Shown here in pieces: positions 58,736-64,000 of a DNA stretch of 64,000 nucleotides (positions are counted from its first letter, which is position 1; every line of letters starts with the position of its first letter). Source of the DNA: a bacterium (GTDB lineage: Bacteria > Actinomycetota > Acidimicrobiia > Spongiisociales > JAENVV01); contig JAHEDI010000004.1 in the NCBI GenBank assembly GCA_024641305.1, forward strand, positions 2,126 through 66,125, read 5' to 3'. The position numbers and the translations under genes were made by a program. The notes under the pieces were generated by a model. The model was not told where the DNA came from. It saw only the letters and a list, made by a program, of their open reading frames with translations, and did not search any database.

Positions 58736-61303
58736 ATGGACCTAGCCACCAAAAAACTCACGGGCGTTCGATTCTCCGGTCAGCAGCAGGTGTGGATCCT
58801 GACGGCATTTATCGGTGTGGCCGCCGCTGCCATGGCATCTCAGGTCACGAGCTTCTCCACGTTGTTTCCGAACTCAAGGCAGATACCCTGGTACATCCTT
58901 ATCCCACTCGTGTATGCCGCGGAACTGACTGTCGTGCATCTCCGATTCCACCGGCACGCCCACTCATTCTCAATGAGCGAAGTGACGTTGGTGCTGGGAC
59001 TTTTCGCCAGCGCCCCCTGGGAAGTCATCGTGGCTCAGGTCGGGTTTGCCATGGCGCTGATGATCAACCGACGCCAGCCGCCGATGAAGTTGGCGTTCAA
59101 TCTTGCGCAGAACACGTTCGTCGTGATTCTGGCAGTTGTCGTCTTTCGATCAATAGCCGCCCTCGGCGATCCACTCGGTCTGGCCGGCTGGTTCGCCGCG
59201 ATCATCGCAACCCAAGCCACCGTTATCCTGGCCAACCTGCTGATCAATGGTGCCATCCACCTATCGGGTGGATCGATTGATCGCCGGGAACAGTTCGAGG
59301 TGTTGTACCTGACTGCTCTGGCAGCCTTAATGAACACTGCCCTCGCCCTGGTAGGAATTACCATATATTGGAGCGGCGGTTCCAACTCTGCCTGGCTAGC
59401 GATGGTGCCTCCGGTCGTTCTGTTCTTCGCCTATCGAGCCTATATCAGCCAGCGCCTTGAGCGATCCCGCCTGGAGTCGTTGTATCAGGCAACCAGGGTG
59501 CTCCACGAATCCCCCCAAATCGAGTCCGCCCTCGAATCAGCGGCGCTCTACGCACAAGACATGTTCGAAGCCGAAGTCGTTGAGATCATTCTGCTCCCCG
59601 AGGAAGGAAAGTCCGCCTACCTCACGGCCGTAGGACCCGACGACCGCCGGGTCGTTATGGAACCATTCGATCTGGGCTCGGGAGAGGCGCTGTTCCACAG
59701 TATCGCCGACAGCCCTGGCGCCATGCTGATCACCGATCCCACCGTCTTCGGCCGCGACGGTTGGCATCTGGACGACGGGGTGGCCGCGCCACTTTCAGGC
59801 GATCACGGAACGTTTGGCGTCATCATCGTCGCCAACCGAATCAACGATGTTTCTCAATTCGAAGAAAGCGACGTTCGGCTCCTTGAGACGTTCGCCAGCC
59901 AGGTTTCGGTTTCCCTCGAAAACGGTCGACTGGAAGATTCTCTGGCGCAACTGACCGACCTCAAAGAGGAGTTGAGGCACCAGGCACTCCACGACTCTCT
60001 CACCAAACTCGCCAATCGCACCCTGTTTTCCGAGGGCGTCGAAGCGGCCATAGCTCGCTGTGTCGATACCGACCAATTCATCGCCGTTATGTTCCTGGAC
60101 CTTGACGACTTCAAAACGGTAAATGACTCGCTCGGCCACGCGGCTGGCGACGACCTGTTGATCCAGGTGGCGAATCGTCTTAGGTCTTTCACAAGACCTG
60201 AAGACGTAGTCGCTCGTCTTGGCGGAGACGAGTTCGCAATCCTCCTCGAAGATCTCTCAGGCCCGATGGGTGCGACCGATGTTGCCGAGCGGATCATTCG
60301 AGGAATGACCATCCCATTCAACCTGGAAGGCAAAGAACTCAAGGTTCACACATCGATCGGCATAGCCTTCGGTGCTTCCATCGACCGGCCCGATCAAATC
60401 ATGCGCAACGCCGACGCGGCCATGTACGCAGCCAAACAGACCCGCAAGGGCACCTACCGCGTGTTTGAAGACGCAATGCACGCCGAGATGATCAGACGAC
60501 TGGAACTAAAAGCAGACCTGACAGAGGCGGTCGCCCGGGACGAGTTGGTGTTGCGATACCAACCGATCGTCGATCTGGCAACGGGACAGGTCACTGGCGT
60601 GGAGGCCCTGGTTCGCTGGCAGCATCCGACCAGAGGAATCGTCCCGCCCGCCCAGTTCATTCCTTTTGCCGAAGAGAGTGGTCTCATCGTCGCCATTGGG
60701 GCCTTCGTGCTTGAGCAAGCCGTTATCAAGGCTGTCGAGTGGCAGAACGCCCGACCGGACGAATTCCTGACCATGGCTGTGAATCTGTCACCCCGACAGC
60801 TGGCCGAAGTCGACATGGCGGCCATGATCCGCGAAACCATCACCCGACACGGGTTGGAGCCCCGCCGCCTCATCATTGAGATTACCGAAAACGTCGTCAT
60901 GCAAACAACGGTCAGCCTGCTCGACGACATCCGCGATCTGGGCGTCCGACTGGCTATCGATGACTTTGGGACCGGATACTCGTCGCTCGCCTATCTGGAT
61001 CGCCTCCCGATCGACATCATCAAGATCGACAAGAGTTTCACCGATAGGCTCAACCCCGACGAAGAGTCCCCGCTGGTTCGCACGGTATTACAGCTCGGAG
61101 ATGCCCTTGGTATCGACACCGTCGTCGAGGGTATCGAGACCGCCCATCAACTTCGTCGCCTGCAACAACTGGGTTGTGCCAAAGGTCAGGGTTACCTTCT
61201 CTCTCCACCTCTGGCCGCAGCCGAAGTCGAAGCTCTTCTCGGTGACAACTTGACCGGCACGTCGTTGACACATGGACCGACGAAACTGCGGATTGTTGGG
61301 TAG
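58736..61303 (+). CDS. Membrane sensor-GAF-GGDEF-EAL diguanylate cyclase/phosphodiesterase
   Basis: About 7 TM segments, GAF, RPED I-site + GGDEF, EAL, EITE, DDFGTGYSS, KIDKSF, EGIE. Confidence 0.96.
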   Translation: MDLATKKLTGVRFSGQQQVWILTAFIGVAAAAMASQVTSFSTLFPNSRQIPWYILIPLVYAAELTVVHLRFHRHAHSFSMSEVTLVLGLFASAPWEVIVAQVGFAMALMINRRQPPMKLAFNLAQNTFVVILAVVVFRSIAALGDPLGLAGWFAAIIATQATVILANLLINGAIHLSGGSIDRREQFEVLYLTALAALMNTALALVGITIYWSGGSNSAWLAMVPPVVLFFAYRAYISQRLERSRLESLYQATRVLHESPQIESALESAALYAQDMFEAEVVEIILLPEEGKSAYLTAVGPDDRRVVMEPFDLGSGEALFHSIADSPGAMLITDPTVFGRDGWHLDDGVAAPLSGDHGTFGVIIVANRINDVSQFEESDVRLLETFASQVSVSLENGRLEDSLAQLTDLKEELRHQALHDSLTKLANRTLFSEGVEAAIARCVDTDQFIAVMFLDLDDFKTVNDSLGHAAGDDLLIQVANRLRSFTRPEDVVARLGGDEFAILLEDLSGPMGATDVAERIIRGMTIPFNLEGKELKVHTSIGIAFGASIDRPDQIMRNADAAMYAAKQTRKGTYRVFEDAMHAEMIRRLELKADLTEAVARDELVLRYQPIVDLATGQVTGVEALVRWQHPTRGIVPPAQFIPFAEESGLIVAIGAFVLEQAVIKAVEWQNARPDEFLTMAVNLSPRQLAEVDMAAMIRETITRHGLEPRRLIIEITENVVMQTTVSLLDDIRDLGVRLAIDDFGTGYSSLAYLDRLPIDIIKIDKSFTDRLNPDEESPLVRTVLQLGDALGIDTVVEGIETAHQLRRLQQLGCAKGQGYLLSPPLAAAEVEALLGDNLTGTSLTHGPTKLRIVG

Positions 61304-61309
61304 CCTCTG

Positions 61310-61339
61310 TTGACAAGCGGTGGGCTGGCGCGGGATCAT
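61310..61339 (+). promoter_or_regulatory. SigA-like promoter
   Basis: TTGACA-18-GATCAT; SD GGAGG downstream. Confidence 0.45.
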
Positions 61340-61374
61340 GGGCACCGGCAGTACTATCGGAGGGGGATGTCAGG

Positions 61375-62643
61375 GTGCTGTTCCATGGCGAATTAGAGCT
61401 ATCCAACGACCCAGGGTCCCGATTGGTCGTCACGCTCACGATGGAGGCTGACGCCTTGTCGTTGGCGACCGGCGAAGAGAACCTCGGCACCTGGAACCGC
61501 CCGGACACGAAGGCTGTCGAGATCGCCCGCGGCAAATATGATCTGACGCTCGGTGACGAGACGCTCCTATTCACGCCCGAGAATGTACCCCTTTTCGCAT
61601 CCCGGGGCCTTCCCTTCTTTGACGAAGTCGACGAGCAAACCCCACCAGCGGGACTCCTTGCCAAAATCAAAAAGTGGGGTCTCAAACCGGCGGATTTTGC
61701 CACCCAACTCGGTCTGACCGAACCCCTTGTCTCCGTGGCCAATGCCGAGGCGACCACCGTCGGACCGCTCGCCGAGGCGACCGCCCGGAATGAAACTGGA
61801 ACGACCAGGGATAACGGCATCGACCAACTCGGACGATCTAGCCGAACCGCATCTGAATCGCCGGTCGAGAGCATCCCGACCGCCCCACATCGACCCGAAC
61901 CCGTGAAGCGATTGCCCGGGCCACCGGTTGCGACGTCCCTCGAGCCAACCATGCCATCTGAGGAACCCGACGACGTTCTCATGGGGAGTCGTCCCCGCCC
62001 GTCCGTCACCCGGCAGCCGACCCGCCTGCCGGTCATCCCAGTCACCGTGGATCCACTAGCTGATCGCGCCCCGTCGGCCATCACCGAACCGACGACAGTC
62101 GGCCGGCCAGCCCAGAGTTTTGGCCTCGAAAACCACGAGCCTGAAGCCCTCGCCGGGCCACTCACATCCAACGTCGCCGCACAAGACATTCGATCCACTG
62201 AACCAGGGACGGATCCGATATCCGAGCCACCCACAGGCGCCGCCCCAACTGTCAGACCGGTCATCCCCATCGAATTTGATTCGACCCGGATCGGAACCGT
62301 CGAGGCCGAACGTGTTCAAGTCGCCGCACCGTGGAGCGATCGGGCAATCGACCAGGACACCACCCTAAGCGAATCATTGGCACCGTCAACCCCGAGTCCC
62401 GCTTACGCCCTTCCCGGCCTGCCCGATCTGGCAAGTCTGCTCGCCCGCCTCGAAACAGCTGTGGATGATCTCCAGGCCGGCCGGATGGAACCCGCCAGAG
62501 GCCGGGCTATCGCCGATGTGGTGCGAGCCATGTGTCGAGCGGTCGAGGTCTCGGGCCATGGAGCTAAGGATTTAAATTCGATAGCCGATAAGCTTGACAA
62601 CGGTCAAGGGTTGGGCAACGACGTTAATGAGGATCACGAATGA
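61375..62643 (+). CDS. Hypothetical protein: N-terminal beta domain, Pro/Thr-rich linker, C-terminal helical hairpin
   Basis: Long ORF with SD; N-terminus aligns with the next gene. Confidence 0.72.
   Translation: MLFHGELELSNDPGSRLVVTLTMEADALSLATGEENLGTWNRPDTKAVEIARGKYDLTLGDETLLFTPENVPLFASRGLPFFDEVDEQTPPAGLLAKIKKWGLKPADFATQLGLTEPLVSVANAEATTVGPLAEATARNETGTTRDNGIDQLGRSSRTASESPVESIPTAPHRPEPVKRLPGPPVATSLEPTMPSEEPDDVLMGSRPRPSVTRQPTRLPVIPVTVDPLADRAPSAITEPTTVGRPAQSFGLENHEPEALAGPLTSNVAAQDIRSTEPGTDPISEPPTGAAPTVRPVIPIEFDSTRIGTVEAERVQVAAPWSDRAIDQDTTLSESLAPSTPSPAYALPGLPDLASLLARLETAVDDLQAGRMEPARGRAIADVVRAMCRAVEVSGHGAKDLNSIADKLDNGQGLGNDVNEDHE
62565..62591 (+). promoter_or_regulatory. Sigma-28/WhiG-type promoter (internal to the 3' end of the upstream CDS)
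   Basis: TAAG-N15-GCCGATAA, 48 nt before ATG 62640. Confidence 0.7.
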
Positions 62644-63566
62644 GACATCCGGGCACTGTATTCGCAGCGGACGACACCAGAGGTATTAAGGGTGTCTTTG
62701 TGCTCGACGACGACTCAATCACGCTCGAAGTCAATCACGAACAGTGGGCCACCTGGCACGTATCGCTCATCTCCCTGTCTGAGATCGCCGGCAACGAGTA
62801 TCAGTTCGCACTCAACGGTGACCTGATTCGATTCATACCGGATCGGCGCCTCGACTTTGCCTACGGCGCAGTCCCCGCCCTGAGCAAAGCTCAGGAAGAT
62901 GCCACGAAGAGCTTTCGGGCCCGCCGGAAGACCAAGAAAGCCGTCCGCAACGTCCCTCCCCCTGGACGTCACGAACTGACCGCACCACACCCGCTCCAGG
63001 TCGCGTCGCCGCCTACGGAGCTCGCCGCGGCCCCCAACCCGACTCCTTCGGCACCAAAGCGCGCGCCACAGCCCACCGTCCCGGCGCCGGCAAAACCGGG
63101 CGCCGCGCCTTCCTCCATCACGGATCTCGTTGCATCGCGATCCACCTCGAAGCTTGCCGGTGAAAAATCGACACCTACCGACAAGCCGGTCGATCCGATC
63201 GACCCGTTCGACCCTCCCCCAGAAATTGCTATCCCTCCATCACCGTTTGAACCCCCGTCAACGGAGAACGGGGAACTGGTGATCGACCTACGAACTGCGG
63301 CTCATTTGCCAGAGGCCGTCGCCCCAATACCGGCCGGCGACAACAACCAGGCGGCTTCACCCCACGCCGGAGCCATCCAGGCCAACGGTAACAACCGGAG
63401 CCAGGTGGAGTCCAAACCCGAACACCGAAGCGGACTGCGGTTGCTGGACAGGGTCCGCCAACCCAAGGCCGAACATGTCCATGACTATGTGGTTAGTTCG
63501 AGTGGCGTCATGGTTCGACGAGTGTGCTCGACATGTAACCACGTCTCTATCGGCACTGCCGATTGA
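62640..63566 (+). CDS. Hypothetical protein: N-terminal beta domain, Pro-rich linker, C-terminal HxH-CxxC
   Basis: ATGA overlap, SD GAGGA; ends HVHDY...[10 protein letters not shown]. Confidence 0.75.
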   Translation: MRHPGTVFAADDTRGIKGVFVLDDDSITLEVNHEQWATWHVSLISLSEIAGNEYQFALNGDLIRFIPDRRLDFAYGAVPALSKAQEDATKSFRARRKTKKAVRNVPPPGRHELTAPHPLQVASPPTELAAAPNPTPSAPKRAPQPTVPAPAKPGAAPSSITDLVASRSTSKLAGEKSTPTDKPVDPIDPFDPPPEIAIPPSPFEPPSTENGELVIDLRTAAHLPEAVAPIPAGDNNQAASPHAGAIQANGNNRSQVESKPEHRSGLRLLDRVRQPKAEHVHDYVVSSSGVMVRRVCSTCNHVSIGTAD

Positions 63567-63904
63567 TCATTACCACCACCCCCACGGTCGAGACACACCA
63601 GATCGAGGAGTACCTGGGACTCGTAACAGGGGCGGCGATTCTCGGCGCCAACGTGTTCAAAGACTTCTTTGCGGGGATCACCGACGTGATCGGCGGGCGC
63701 TCGGCCAACTATGAGCGCGAGCTACTCAAGGCCAAAAACCTGGCGATCGAAGAGATGACCAGCGAAGCCTCACTTCTCGGCGCCGATGCGGTGGTTGGCG
63801 TAGATCTTGACTACGAGACGATCGGCGCGAATGGGTCGATGCTGATGGTGACGGCGTCGGGGACTGCCGTTCGCCTTGGCCCGCTATCCAGCGTCTCTCG
63901 CTAG
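63563..63904 (+). CDS. YbjQ (UPF0145) family protein
   Basis: [41 protein letters not shown]. Confidence 0.93.
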   Translation: MIITTTPTVETHQIEEYLGLVTGAAILGANVFKDFFAGITDVIGGRSANYERELLKAKNLAIEEMTSEASLLGADAVVGVDLDYETIGANGSMLMVTASGTAVRLGPLSSVSR

Positions 63905-63976
63905 CACCAAAGTCAGTACCCGGTTTCCCTTCACAGATCGCCTCCTGACTAACCTACGGGCAACAGGAGACGAAGT

Positions 63977-64000
63977 TTGAACTTTGACTACCCAGCTCAT
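63977..64000 (+). CDS. 5' end of next gene (MNFDYPAH...), possibly an acyl-CoA dehydrogenase
   Basis: SD AGGAG then TTG AAC TTT GAC TAC; only 8 codons visible. Confidence 0.3.

Noticed and set aside
62581-62610. TAGCCGATAAGC resembling an actinobacterial dif XerC arm
   Set aside because: No TTATGT XerD arm at 6-bp spacing; fits a sigma-28 -10 element instead
1-64000. CRISPR arrays, IS elements, rRNA, known riboswitches, defence systems
   Set aside because: No regularly spaced repeats, transposase/nuclease motifs or recognisable consensus seen; intergenic gaps are mostly under 110 nt

Overview
GC-rich (~60-65%) actinobacterial core-chromosome segment, most consistent with class Acidimicrobiia. 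This is inferred from gene order (rph-MBL-mec, ssrA-smpB-M23-ftsXE-prfB-secA-RR-hpf-comF-trm112-manB, DUF3499/DUF5719/GT-cofDE, LCP-birA-accD-accA-lpdA-mcm), F420 genes and the retained prfB frameshift. It holds about 60 CDSs and a tmRNA (tag AEDNFALAA). I found no integrase, transposase, CRISPR, rRNA or tRNA. Best candidates for undescribed biology: (1) a translationally coupled HEAT-repeat + HD-GYP pair inserted before secA, whose two proteins share an unnamed N-terminal 'LYPE..(H/Q)PA' domain; (2) a cluster at 57.9-63.6 kb with three sigma-28/WhiG-type promoters in front of an acidic disordered protein, a GAF-GGDEF-EAL enzyme and one of two paralogous PH-like/Pro-rich proteins. Smaller oddities: an Asp-nucleophile dienelactone hydrolase homologue, a dodecin lacking flavin-binding residues, a candidate structured RNA before pdxH, no whiB beside cofD, and widespread leaderless gene starts. 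All family calls are by eye from motifs, not from database searches.
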